Source: Rhizophagus irregularis (Eukaryota). Taken from it: 64,000 nucleotides of DNA. This document shows, in pieces, positions 23,956-36,070 of the stretch (position 1 is its first letter; every line of letters begins with the position of its first letter). The notes beneath the pieces were generated by a model. That model did no database searches. It was not told the origin of the DNA and worked only from the letters and a program-made list of their open reading frames with translations. The position numbers were made by a program, and so were the translations under genes. The DNA is taken from NCBI RefSeq assembly GCF_026210795.1, contig NC_089436.1:434001-498000 (forward strand), in the 5' to 3' direction.

Positions 23956-26159
23956 AATATTAATAAAATTATTAAAAATAAAATTATATTATATTACATA
24001 TATCAATATTTTCAATTTCATCATTATTTGTGCGGTTTGATGGTTAACGAATTTTTTATGTGATTTTTGGAAATTATAATAATTATAGCTTCCATTAATA
24101 AAACCGTGGATAAATTGCAGCTAAATCGCTGCCTATCGTATTACAATAAAATAAATATGGCAGAACTGCTGTGACGTTGACACCTATTGGCCACTAATAA
24201 GTGATAATTATGTAGCTGCTCCGCTCCAGATATACGAGTTTCAGTAAAGTTTAAAGCTACATTGGCCAATCTTGATGAGAATGGTGCATTATTTATTGCT
24301 GATTACAAGATGAGAATTTTGCCAAGATCTGCTAGGGAAACTAAAGCAGAATTTTTTGGCAAACGTGGCTGGACTCTTCACACAATCCTAGTTTTTACAA
24401 AAAAAAATAATTGTGCAGAGTTAGATATACGAGCTTATGATCACTGGTCAACTGACACCAAGCAGGATGCTTGGTTTACTGCCTCCTCATTTGAAGCTGT
24501 TTTTGAAACAATAAAAAATAAACCAAAATGGATTAGAATAATTTCAGATAATGGGGCACATTACCATTCATCAGAACTTATGGCTATAGTTTCACATTGG
24601 AATGAATGGTATCAAATTGAGGTTCGTGATTGGCAATTTCTTGAACCGGGTGAAGCTAAAACAACCATTGATTCCCATCACGCTGCAGTAAGTACTATTG
24701 TTATAAAGCTATTGCAATAAATTTCACATTAAAATTACCTTTTTTTTAGATTTCTCATTCAATCAAATGATATATTTGGATTGGATATGATATTCGTGAT
24801 GGAGAGGATATAGTGGAAGCAGTTAAACATTTATCTGGTACATCACTGGCAAATTTAGAACCAAATCGAAGTCAATTTGGACCTGAAGATGAAAATTCAA
24901 ATAATGTTAGCAAAAAAGAACTAAATACAAAACCAAACGTCAAAACAATAAAAGGTATTTCAAATTTGTTTTACTGGAAATGGCCAATTTCTGGTGAAAT
25001 GATAGGTTATATATGTGCACGATCACTCCCACATTTTGGTCCATGGAATAATTTTTCTCCTTCTGCAATTACCAATCTTTGCACCAAACCAATTGTTCGT
25101 CCCCATCCAAAGATTTCTGAACAAACTGAACCTGAATCATCTTGGAAAATTCCTCTGCTAGGTAATCAATTGAAATAAATGTCTTTTTTCATAAACATAT
25201 TTGACTAATAATGTATTTTATAGATATAAATTCAACCAGTATATCAGAATTTATGGATAATAATAATAGTAGTGATGAATTAGAAGATGTAAGGTAAATA
25301 AACGTGTAGCTTAAACAAACATAACAAACATAATTGAAAATTATAATCTTACATTTTTTTGCGTTGAATTAGTTCTGTTGATGCGAATTTTCAATTTTCC
25401 ATGGGATGGGCATTAAAAAGCAATCAAAAACTAGGAGGGAAAGGAAAAGGAAAAAGAATGAAAAAGAAAGTAAAAGAGTTGTTGAAAAGTTTTTTTTTGA
25501 ATGGAAACCTCAATCAAAAGGATAAAATGTCAGCAAATGAGATGTATAATGAACTACTGATATTTGTTGAATCTGGAGAGTTAGAAGCCGAAGATATTCC
25601 TAAGATAGCAACAATACAAAACTGGATTTCAACTTATACACGAACATTCAAAGAACAAGCTACAGAAAATATGGTAAACAACGCACCATAATATAGTATA
25701 ATAAGCAGAACTTTGTAAATAATATAAAATATTAGTGATTAAGAACAATATTCAGTATATAAAAGATAAAAAAAATAAAAAAATGAAGCTAAATTAAAAC
25801 TAAATAAAGGGTTAAAAACTAAATAAGAACCAAAATCAGCTCATTTTTGATTGAAATTGTTCAAAAATAAATCATCTAAAATTTGAATCAACCAGAAATT
25901 TATAGCCGAAATCTTGCGTTCCTCCATAGTAAAGTCAAAGATGTGGAACTTTAGCGACGTCAAATTTTGCAAGTGGCTTAGCTAGGATTGATACTATTAA
26001 TTACCATTTTTAAAATTTGTATAACATATCATGTGGTGAGCCGATGACCCGGTAAAAAAGGAGTATTAGCCATTTTTAGCAATGATCTGTGTAAATCAGA
26101 ATTAGTAAATTTCTCTTATTGAGTGACGATCTGTCCCTTAATACAAAAAATACATTGAA

Positions 26160-27880
26160 ATTTAAAAAAACGAACGTTTATACCAAATCTCTCCATACCA
26201 AAATCTTCGTATAATAAATGAAGTAACGGCTAAACTAAACATGCACATTGAACATAAGAATTAACTAAATTACTAATTATTACATTACCCCACGATTTTC
26301 TATCTTTATTTCCTAATCTAAATACGCTATCCTTAACATTTTCTTCTAAATTATTTTTTATCATATTTTTTATCTTTTACTTTGTTTTTTTTTTTTGTTT
26401 GCTAATTTATTCCTCTTACCCCTTCATTTTATCTTCATCGCTATCATCTACTCTTTTTTTTTCCTTTTCAAACCTTTTAAAATCCTCATATAAACATCAA
26501 ATATTTCATTTAAAACAGACTTTTGACCTTTCAATTTACAAGCTCGCCACCATTTCTCATTGATCAAACCCTCATGACCTCTCTCAGTAGATTCTCTGGG
26601 TCACAATTGTTGACCTAACTTCCGATATACCAAACAAACACTCTTTAAATTGTTTAACCTTATCAGCATCGAACTCTTTTGTATAGTTAGTTAGAACTTC
26701 GTCAATACTATCTTTAAATATTACAAATTCTGCATCACTAGCGTCATTTTTATCACAAATCCATATACTGTATGTTCACACGTTTCTTCTTCTATCGCAC
26801 AACACGGACATTTCTTATTTGGTATTCCCCATACCTTCCGTGCCCACAACACCTCATAAGTTGGCAAAATTAAAAAAGTTTTACCCTAAAACATCTAATC
26901 GAGGCATCTTTACTATGTTCACATTCCTAGGTGTTGTAACTTCATTGTTGATTAATTTAAACGACACACTCCAATCGATAAGCACATTACTTCCATTTGC
27001 ACTTATAGTATTATAAGTAAGCTCTTTAAACCAGAACCTATACGCTTCTTCTATTGGAATATAATTCCACCTCAAACTATATTCATCTAACAGTATGTTG
27101 TTGAAGTTAATTTCTATTTCCCTTATCGATTGTTTACAATTAACTAACTCTTTTTTTATCGCTTGAATTTTAACGTCCTGCACTGCCCTTTGCGCTCCCT
27201 CTTGCCATCTTTAACCAACATACTAATATTTATTAACTCAAGTATTGTATTTATAAAGTTGAGATAAATATATAATTTGTCATCCAATTCCCTACGCACG
27301 CTCCCAATTTTACTATATTCATATAACCATTCAATAACGTCTAGATCTGTCCTTAAATCTATTTTAACATTGTATGGCAAAATCATAATCACTACCATTA
27401 ATGCCACTGCGTACGCTTTTTTTCTTTTTTCGAGAACTTCAACTTCCTTCGTAATTAAATTTATCTTCATTACTGTTTTTTGGTATAATATCGAACCCAA
27501 AAAAACCATCTAAACACAAATCTTCTACTTTTTGCACCACCGCTCCTACATTTACAATAACCTCTTTATCTATAAACCTTGTCATTTTTTGAAAAACAAG
27601 ATTTTATATGCTTCCTCACTTTCTATAATATAATCCAACCATATCATACAATTTTTAACATTATCGTCGCTATCTCTTTTTCTATGTATACCAAACACTT
27701 CCCCGTGTTAAGTTTTCTATTTATATTGAACTTACAACCTTTACAGTCCATTAAAAACAGAGAATCATAAACCCTAAATTCTTCTCCCGTTTCTTCATGC
27801 ACTACTAAATGTCTACCAATTTCATCATATTTCTTACTTTGCGATTTTTAGTTTTTATACTAAACATATTATCTCACCCT
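26160..27880 (-). mobile_element. Degenerate non-LTR retrotransposon 3' fragment (RNase H-like region plus C-terminal CCHC zinc finger)
   Basis: Broken minus-strand ORFs (27156-27509, 26881-27183 with IDWSVSFKLIN) are followed by NKKCPCCAIEEETCEH..IWIC at about 26755-26820, typical of a LINE ORF2 C-terminus. Boundaries are approximate. Confidence 0.65.
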
Positions 27881-28039
27881 TTTTCCATTCATATTTATTT
27901 TTTAATTCTGAGGAAAAAAACAAATTAAAAACTTATATATTTATATAGTTCATATCATTATTGCAGATTTATGAAATATCCGTTACTTCAATTGATTAAT
28001 TGATTTGAAAAGCTTAATCGCACGTGATACTAATTAAGT

Positions 28040-28465
28040 ACTACAGTAACGTTTTTTATTTTTTAATTTAATTTTAAAAAAACATTCCGCAACGCTTTTT
28101 ATTAGTTAATTTGATTAAAAAAAAGTTAAAACGTTTTTTATTGAAGTCCTACGGTGTAATTTGAAATTTCTTTACTTATTTCCTTCATTATATAATTTGT
28201 CAATAAATAGAAAGAATATTTTATTTATATATAAGTTTAACGAATTAATCATGCAACGTTTTTATTAATTATCAAAAAAAAACGTTGTGGAACTTTTTTT
28301 TTAATTAAATTGACTGATAATAAATGTTTCGCCATGAACCGTTTTTTTTAAATTAAATTGACTAATATAAAACGTTGCGAAACATCTTTTTTTTTAATAA
28401 AAGAATGGTTTCGCAACTTTTTTTTAACTATTTTAATAAAAAATGTTGCAAAAACATTCTTTATT
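28040..28465. repeat. Degenerate direct and inverted repeats of AAAAAACGTTGCGGAACTTTTTT (foldback/MITE relic)
   Basis: Motif copies near 28275, 28370 and 28440, with an inverted copy near 28080. Confidence 0.5.
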
Positions 28466-28477
28466 GAATTTTTTTAC

Positions 28478-28586
28478 CAGGTTCGGTAAACCGTAAACCG
28501 ATACCGAAACCGAAGTTACCGAAACCAATCGGTAAATTTACCAAAAGGTTCAGTTCGGTATTTACCGATACCAATTGGAGCCCTAC
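28478..28586. mobile_element. hAT-like element end or mini-MITE
   Basis: Dense ACCG/CGGT subterminal repeats ending in GGAGCCCTA (reverse complement TAGGGCTCC, a hAT-like terminus). Confidence 0.5.
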
Positions 28587-28829
28587 CTATTTGACCAATC
28601 GGTCATCAATATGCTATCAATCAGTCATCAGTCGGCATGTGACCAATTGATGACAGATTTAGCTCGGATTAAAAAAGCTCGCTTATAAATATAAAAAAAT
28701 AAAAAATATTAATCCCGATCTGTTACGAATTACGATAAGTAACTACAGTTTTGGTATCGATCATATGACTTAACAATCAGATAATCAATAAAAAAAAAAT
28801 TTTTTTTTTAATTTTTTCTTCTCTTCCCA

Positions 28830-30970
28830 GACTTAAATTTCGACCAGGACTCCGGAATTGTAAGTTAGAGATCCTAGGAATTTTTTTTAGTTTGGAAACG
28901 TTACTAATGTTCCTTCCTTTAGAAACGTTCTCCTGGACTTGGATTCCGTCGAAATGAAGTAAAAACAGCCTTCTGGACTGGATTTTGGCGAAATGAGATT
29001 TTTTTAGAGTTTCTTTCTTTTTTTTTTATCTGACGTTCTTTTTTTTATTTTTTAGGTTTTCGGTCCTTCCTTGGAATGGAATATGTGGTAGGTATATTTT
29101 GAGCGGGCATGTAGCGTTATGAAATAATATTAACGTCTATTTCCTTTTTTTTTAGATTTTCGGCTTTCTCTCGAAGTGGAATACGACGATAAGTGTTTTT
29201 TGGGTGGGTGTGCGGTTGTGTAATGGCGTTATTAAACAACATTAATGCCTTTTTTTTATTTATTTAGGTTTCCGTACTTCTCTCAAGGTGGAATATGATC
29301 CTATAAAAAAATTGGATACATTTTTTATATAGTTTTTATACAATTTTTTTTCCTTAGAAATAACGTATCATAATAGGATACGGAAAAAGGCACAATTCCG
29401 TATCACTAAAAATATGGTTTGGATACGGAATTTGCACGGAATTCATATGGAATTTACATGATTTGATCACTGATTTTATCACGAAATTTATACGATTTGG
29501 TCACTGAATTTACTATTTGTGTTACAGTTTACTATAATTAAATCTAATTTTACTTTATTAAATTAAATAAAAAATAAAAAATAAACAAAATACAAATACA
29601 TTATGAAAATTCCCTCCTTATTAAGGCCACCTATTGCAATCAAAAGTTCAGGTTCATTTGGAGTCAAACAACCTAAAAAAAACAAAAAGAACGTCTAACT
29701 TAATTGGAAACAAAAACTCCCCTTCATATAGTATCTGCAATCGTCCAAGTCACCAAAGGTCAGCATTCCTACAAAAAAAGAAAGAGAACTCCAAAATGTC
29801 TGACCTACATAAATGAAAAGAATTATGAAGTATCTGATGAAAAAGAAACTAAAACAACAAAATAAATCCAAAACTAACCTACAAAAAAAGAAGACTCTGA
29901 AGCAACAAAACTGAAACAACCTACAAAAAGAAAAGAATCTGAACCCAACTTACAAAAAAAAAAAAAGAAAATTTGAACTGACCTAAAAAAAAGAAAAAAA
30001 TCCTGAACAATCCTACAAAAAGGAAGGACTCCCAAACTGATCTACAAAAAAACTGAATCTTCTCACAAAAAAAATCTGCTGGTCTATGAAATAAAAAAAG
30101 GGATAAATATAAATAAAAAAGAAAGGGGAATAAAGAATAAATCAAAAAAAAATATTTTTTTAAAAAGAGGGTAACGAAGTTAGGAAAGTTAAAAAAAAAT
30201 TTTTTTTTAAAGGAGAGTGATAAAAAAAAAATTTTTAAAGTGAGGTACGAAAAAAAAAATTTTTTTTTTAAAAGGGGGGGTGCCGAAAAAAGAAGAAAAA
30301 TTTAGAAAAAATAACAAAAATAAGACAAGAGAAAAGAGAAGAAAAGGAAAGACAGAAAGGAAGATCGGAAGATCAAACTCATCAAAGTAAGGGTTTATAC
30401 ATATAAAAAACAAAAAACGTATCATAACAAAACAATAAACAATCACGTGATCTCGTGTTATGATACGAGATTTTTGTAAAATTATTTTCTAAAAATATTG
30501 TTTAAAAATTCCGTATACGTTCCGTATGATTAATTTTTTCCGTATACATTAGTTTTTTTAAAAAATGTTCAAAAATGAATTGCTTATTAAATATACGGAA
30601 TTTGTATACGGAATCTATAGAAACGTACATAAAATGTATACAAAACGTATCCTTTCCGTATACATATTTCTTATAGGGTGATAGTAGATATTATTTGGGT
30701 GGGTGTGGTTGTGTAATGGCGTTATTAAACAACATTAACCCTTTTTTTTTATTTATTTAGGTTCCAGCCTTCTCTCAAATATGACGGTAGGTGTTATTTG
30801 GGTTATATAATAGCGTTATTAACAACATCAACGCCCTTTTTTTTTATTTTTTTTAGGTTTCCGGCCTTCTCTCGAAGTGTAATATGACTAGGTGTTATTT
30901 GGGTTGAAATTTTTTTTTCATTTTTATTTAATGAACATTAACCAACGGTCATTTTTACTTTTTATAGGTT
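28830..30970 (+). repeat. Tandem micro-exon/intron array (about 105-bp unit), split by a later insertion
   Basis: Units of the form T(n)AG|GTTT(T/C)CGGCCTTCTCTCGAAGTGGAATATGACG|GTAGGTGTTATTTGGG...ATTAAC...T(n)AG start near 29056, 29157, 29268, 30761 and 30857. The first intron has GTAAGT (28860) and a TACTAAT branch-like site. Confidence 0.75.
29299..30678. mobile_element. CCCTATA-terminus non-autonomous DNA transposon (3-bp TSD, CACTA/CMC-like)
   Basis: (T)CCTATAA...TTATAGGG flanked by TGA/TGA. Excision restores the host repeat unit. Subterminal CCGTAT/ATACGG repeats occur at both ends. Confidence 0.75.
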
Positions 30971-33900
30971 CAAGACACCACCAGACACCTAATCAACTCA
31001 AACAATTCAACAAACCAGTCAATCCACTTTATGGAATACTAAGGATCTACCTATAAATAATGAAAGGAAATAAAACGAAAACAACAATGTGAACAGGAAT
31101 ATAGCATTTTATCAAAGAGCAGCAGACTTTAGCACGTCACTTAAGAAATTCCCAATAGAAATTATCATGTGAGTCATAGCACTTACACAAATAGTTCCCA
31201 TTATATACCAACCAGGGAATTTCATACTGAAGACCTTTACACTCTGATTCATAACTTTTGGGTAAAACATTTGATGAATATTGGAACTAGTTCAAAATCT
31301 CAAATCATCCCTTTTACTAATATTTACAAATTACAAGGCTTACAATGAGGATTCCAGCACCTCAGCAAACAACATTAAACGGTTAGATGCAAGACCTAAA
31401 AACATTTACCTAAGACCTTTTATCAAAATTTTGACAAAAGAACAAAGTTAGATATACGATCCATAAAACACTAACCGAGATCGGCACATTCAAACTTGCA
31501 TCTCTTTAGGGCCAGAATTACATAATGTCAGCTGGCATTATTAAAAAAACCAGTGATGTAAGGATTAGCGCAGTAGGCGCAGCATACATTACTTTTATTT
31601 CCCGTGTATTTCGTTGAAAATATTAGGTGGCGTTTTTCTTAGTAGCGCCTGCTATCATTATTATTTTAATATATAAAGCGATTTTTTTTTTAAAAAAAAA
31701 AAATTATCATCAAATTACTTTATCTTAATTAGCAATTCCCGCAAAGTGGTATTCCTTAAACAAGCTCTATTCTACAACATCTTGATCTAGAATATTTTAT
31801 CACTAATATATTCATAGTATAGTGGCGTATTAAATATGAAAAGGATTAGCCAAAAGATTATTGGTCAAATATTACGTATCAATTAGTAATAATTCTATAT
31901 ATCTTATTATTTTATATTAAAGCAAAACAAAGAAACTATATAAGCCAGATTCTGTCAGAAATTGTTTGCTGGAAATTATAACATTGGTAAGTTATTTATA
32001 TCCAAAGAACTACTATTATTATAATATTTATTTGTATCTGTAAATCTTTTATTTCAGTCAAATAATATGATAAAATATATTTTTCACATGTAAATGACAA
32101 TATAAAAAATATCATGCATTTCTCAATAAATTACTATTAGAATACTGTATATTAATAATTTACTATTAAAACAGATTCATCTACGATAAAATCATAAAAT
32201 CTTAAATTTAAATACGTATAATAATTGCTTTAAAATTTGTACAAAATGGTATATTGGAACTTTATTAATATTTATTATTTTCTACTTATGGGAATATCCG
32301 CCACAATTCTTTTTGGGCGAGAATGCGTGATCGATTAATAATATTAGAAACAATTCGTTAAATTGAGTCATCTTTCAGTAGAATAGTTGATGCTTAAGAA
32401 GATAAATATAACATCTTATTACAATAGAAGAGAAATAAATATAAATAACGTTTCACTAGCGAAAATATTTGAAGTTTATTGACAATTATATATTTTAAGA
32501 AAGTATCATCATAGTGAATTAGTTCCAAACTATCATTAAGTGGAACTTGTTTTTGATGATATCATATATTGGTATATACAGTAAAAAATATATGAGAATA
32601 CCATAAAATAACACAATTTTTTTTTTAGAAAAAAAAAATTTATTTCACCATTTCTATTAATTCATCTTTAATAATTTCAACTATTAAGTAATGATTGAGT
32701 TTCTTAATCTGCACCATTTCTTAACAATATAATTTTAATATCTAATACATTGTAAATAAATAGCCAAAAATATATTACAACATTGTAAGATTATTACCAA
32801 TTTATATCGTATATTATACTTATTTGATAAAAGGAATGCTAAATTCCATAAGTTATATTCATCATAGAAAGATAGTATATATTCATGTTGATAAACAATT
32901 TCGAAAAGAACATGTTTAAAGTACTTGTTATAATTCACTGTAATATGATTGAAGACTGATATAAATCAATTATCATAATAGTATGTTAATTAGATATTTA
33001 GTAAAGTAAGAATGATGCAGTTATGTACATATTTATTAAGTTTTATTTTGTTCAACACCTCCATTAATGAACTCTCTGATGAAGTTCTGGATGTAGACGA
33101 GTAAGATCTTAATTATAGTACTAGTGTATATTGCTTATTTGTTAAAATTATATTTACATTTTTTGATTTTAGATGCATAACGCCACGCCTATCGACAGCG
33201 ACAATACTTTGGGACAATAGCTTGCATGATATTTTTAACATGCATCCCAACTCATGATCTTTAACAAATTATTAAAAATTATTCAATTAAAATATGTGAT
33301 AGATATAGATAAAGTTTTTATTAAATTATAATCAAGAAATGGGTATGGCTTAATTCTTTGAGAAAAATGAAGAAAATGAATATTAGCGGTGTAAATTAAA
33401 ATTCTAACAACAACACAGTGCTGGTGACTGAAGAAGAGGGCGTTTACACCTAAACTACTGGTTCTAATTTAAAAATTACAATTATTATTAATAGTAAAGT
33501 TTCAAATCTTAGTTTTGAATTGACATTAATTATTCGACTTGTTACTTAAGAATTTATTATTGCAAGAACAAATAGTTATAGTCATTTATTACCAATTTGC
33601 GCATAGTCATTGGCCGATGTTTGAGACAGTAATGTCAGTGGGAGTAATGAACATAAACTGGACAACAGTGTGAAAAAGTCAATCATATGAGACTTTATCA
33701 AAAAACATTAAAAATCTTAGCCAAAGATAGTTGTATTAATAATATTAATAAAGAGGATACTCAAAACTTGTTTTCCTTTTCAAAAAAAAGTGGTTTACCA
33801 TCACCTTATTATAAGCTGGAGAAAAAAACCATGAATCGAGTCTGTTACAAAAATTTATTTAAGAGAATGGTCATTTATCCAACGCTATCATATGTAATCG

Positions 33901-35364
33901 GAAGAATCTTACTAGAAAAGAAAAATGTTCTGGCATATTGTAAGCCGAATGGCTAATAACAATAAGAAAATTATGGCCACATGCACGTTATATAAGAAAT
34001 TTGAATAAACTATGCAGATATTATAGAAATATAGGTCATAAAACTCAGAAGAAATGAATACTAATGTAAACAACTTAAAATCTTCAACATTCAAAGATTG
34101 CAAAGTACAAAATCTGAAAAAATCTGAACACAAAACAAATTATTAGACATTTATGCTATAACTATTAAAATTATATTAACAAAAATTTTTATTATAAATA
34201 ATCAGAGACACGAGAAAAAAATCTTATCCATTATTAAAACTTTTGAAAAAGAATAGAAAGGTCGATAGGATAAAGAATAATATTATTTGACAAGTGGTCT
34301 ATTTGAATTATTGTATAGTTTCAGGTAGAAAATAGCCTAATTTTAATATTTATGCAGTATGTGAAGTTTAATACAACATAGTACAGAATATATAAGTTCG
34401 TTAAATCCAAAATAAAAAAAAAGTTTACTTTTGTTTTTTTAAAAAAAAAAGGTTCTTGAAACAATGACGAGGATATTCATTAGAACAAGATTTAAGATTA
34501 TTAGTAAATGATCCAATATAATACTAATACTAATATTATTTGAAAACTAAACTGTTCAGATTATTTTATTAAAAGAAACTTACGGTTAAACAATTGAAAT
34601 TAATATGGTTACTAGATTAGAAGGTTGGCCAAAAATTTCACGCAATATAATGATAAAAAATATATACTACATTTCTGCATTTGTAATAATAAATCTCGCT
34701 CGATTGTTCATAAAAAACACTATTACTATATGTCGAGGGCCGAAAATCAAACTCCAAATAAGATACAATCTCGACATCTATAGTCCTGAAAATTCACTAT
34801 CCCGAAACTTTACCAGGCCTGATCGTTCGGATTTTTTGATCGGATTTTGAGTTGATGTACTGTACGTCATGAATCCACAATGGAGAAGCGCCTCCTCGAT
34901 CGCTACCTGCTCACTAAAGAGCTCAGCTTTTTTGCTCTCCTTTGTATCACTACCTGATATATTATTATATTTTTGGACCAATATATATATATAACTGGAT
35001 GGGCCAATTGGGCCATCCATGAGGAATATTGAAAGTGTAACCCTTTCAGCGATCCCGATTTTGTGTTCTAAAAAAAGAATTTTTAAATAAGCAAAACAAA
35101 CGAGTTAATTGGTTATTGTAAATTTTTGTGATCAGAGATCAGCTAACTCAATTTATAATTTGATCACATGTTTGGATTGGTGGATTGGTTAACTTACGAT
35201 CAAATTAGCCCCGAACGATCAGAAATGAACAGGTTTACAATCTCGAAATTTTAAAAATTCATTACATTAAAATTTACATATAATCTTGATTTATGATTGA
35301 CATTTATAGCATTACTTAACAATTTATAATTTATTATTTCATTATTTCATTTAATATTTAGATT

Positions 35365-35601
35365 ACTCTGATTTTAATTGTGTAACGTGTATCATGTCTC
35401 AGTTAAATTTATTACGAATTTCTATCATAGAATTATGTCATTTTAAATACGTTATGGTAAGGTACGTCGATCATTTTCGTCGGCTATATCATTTTTACAT
35501 AATTCTATCACTAAAATTATGATAAATTAATTAATTTAAAGAAAAATAATATTTTTTGTGTGCACAATTTATTATATGGTTTATCCCGGTGCGAAGCAAC
35601 G
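35365..35601 (+). mobile_element. Short Helitron relic related to 9442-10343
   Basis: Shares AATTGTGTAAC near its 5' side and a truncated hairpin CCCGGTGCGAAGCAACG (35585-35601). The CTAG end is missing. Confidence 0.45.
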
Positions 35602-35739
35602 TAATTATAATGATATATAACTTTTTTTATTTATTTGTAATACACATTTCTTTAATAACAAATGAAATAAAAATGTTATTACAAAGTACTAATATAAAGA
35701 ATACTTAGTTTGATTAATATAATTACTCTATTTTATTAA

Positions 35740-36070
35740 TATGCGCCTTAACTTTGTAGCACTAACGTTAAGCTACATTATTTCTGAACAATTTCATAAC
35801 CCCTTTATCTACTGATATGCGCCTAATTTTCCGTTGACGTCGTAGCACCACTGTTAAGTTATCATAATAATGCATCCATTTATTGCTGAACAATTTATAA
35901 CCCCTCTATCTAGATTTTGACGTTGTAGCACCACCGTTAAGTTATCATAAATTTATTGCTGAACAATTTACTATAACCCTCTATCTAGATTTTTTTTCTT
36001 TGACGTTGTAACACCACCGTTAAATTACCATGAATTTATTGAACAATTATAATCCATCTTATCTACTAAT
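35740..36070. repeat. Tandem repeat, unit of about 70-90 bp, 4 copies
   Basis: TTGACGTTGTAGCACCACCGTTAAGTTATCAT..TTATTGCTGAACAATTT..ATAACCCCTCTATCTA is repeated, with a partial copy near 36470. Confidence 0.85.

Larger units (their letters stand above)
20406..24249. mobile_element. 3.8-kb non-coding TIR element with 2-bp TSD, inserted in the Sola3 transposase
   Basis: Ends CTTTACAGAAACT...AGTTTCAGTAAAG (13-bp TIR, 1 mismatch) flanked by TT/TT. Removing the element plus one TT restores the frame YLNA*FKATLANLDENG. Confidence 0.85.
18241..25691 (+). pseudogene. Sola3-type transposase, spliced and inactivated
   Basis: Exons approximately 18241-19530, 19603-20021, 20096-20405 joined to 24252-24687, 24750-25161, a small exon near 25224-25292, and 25373-25691. 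Frameshifts near 19680 and 20325, stops at 20401-20403 and 24768-24770, and an insertion at 20406-24249. Confidence 0.82.
18119..26137 (+). mobile_element. Sola3-type DNA transposon, full length and interrupted
   Basis: TTAA at 18115-18118 and 26138-26141. The 28-bp TIRs (GGGACAGATCGGCACTCAATGAGAGAAA, 18119-18146 vs 26110-26137) match at 26/28. Transposase motifs DYKMRILP..RE...FFGKRGWTLH, SDNGAHYH, EPGEAKTTIDSHH and C-terminal MGWALK match my recollection of Sola3 transposases. Confidence 0.85.

Noticed and set aside
3099..30446. Phe/Leu- or Lys-rich short ORFs (3099, 7108, 7461, 9704, 21497, 22791, 29634, 29695, 29921, 30207)
   Set aside because: They are translations of poly-T/poly-A tracts in repeats and intron-like sequence.
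30970..31545. Possible LINE-derived fragment (C/A-rich strand bias)
   Set aside because: No diagnostic RT, endonuclease or RNase H motif could be read.
32300..34250. Hydrophobic and other short ORFs (32735, 33687, 33912)
   Set aside because: No coherent gene model or motif; at most unidentifiable relics.
35740..36070. CRISPR-like appearance of the spaced repeats here and in the micro-exon arrays
   Set aside because: Repeats are degenerate, intervening segments are homologous rather than unique spacers, there are no cas genes, and the context is eukaryotic.
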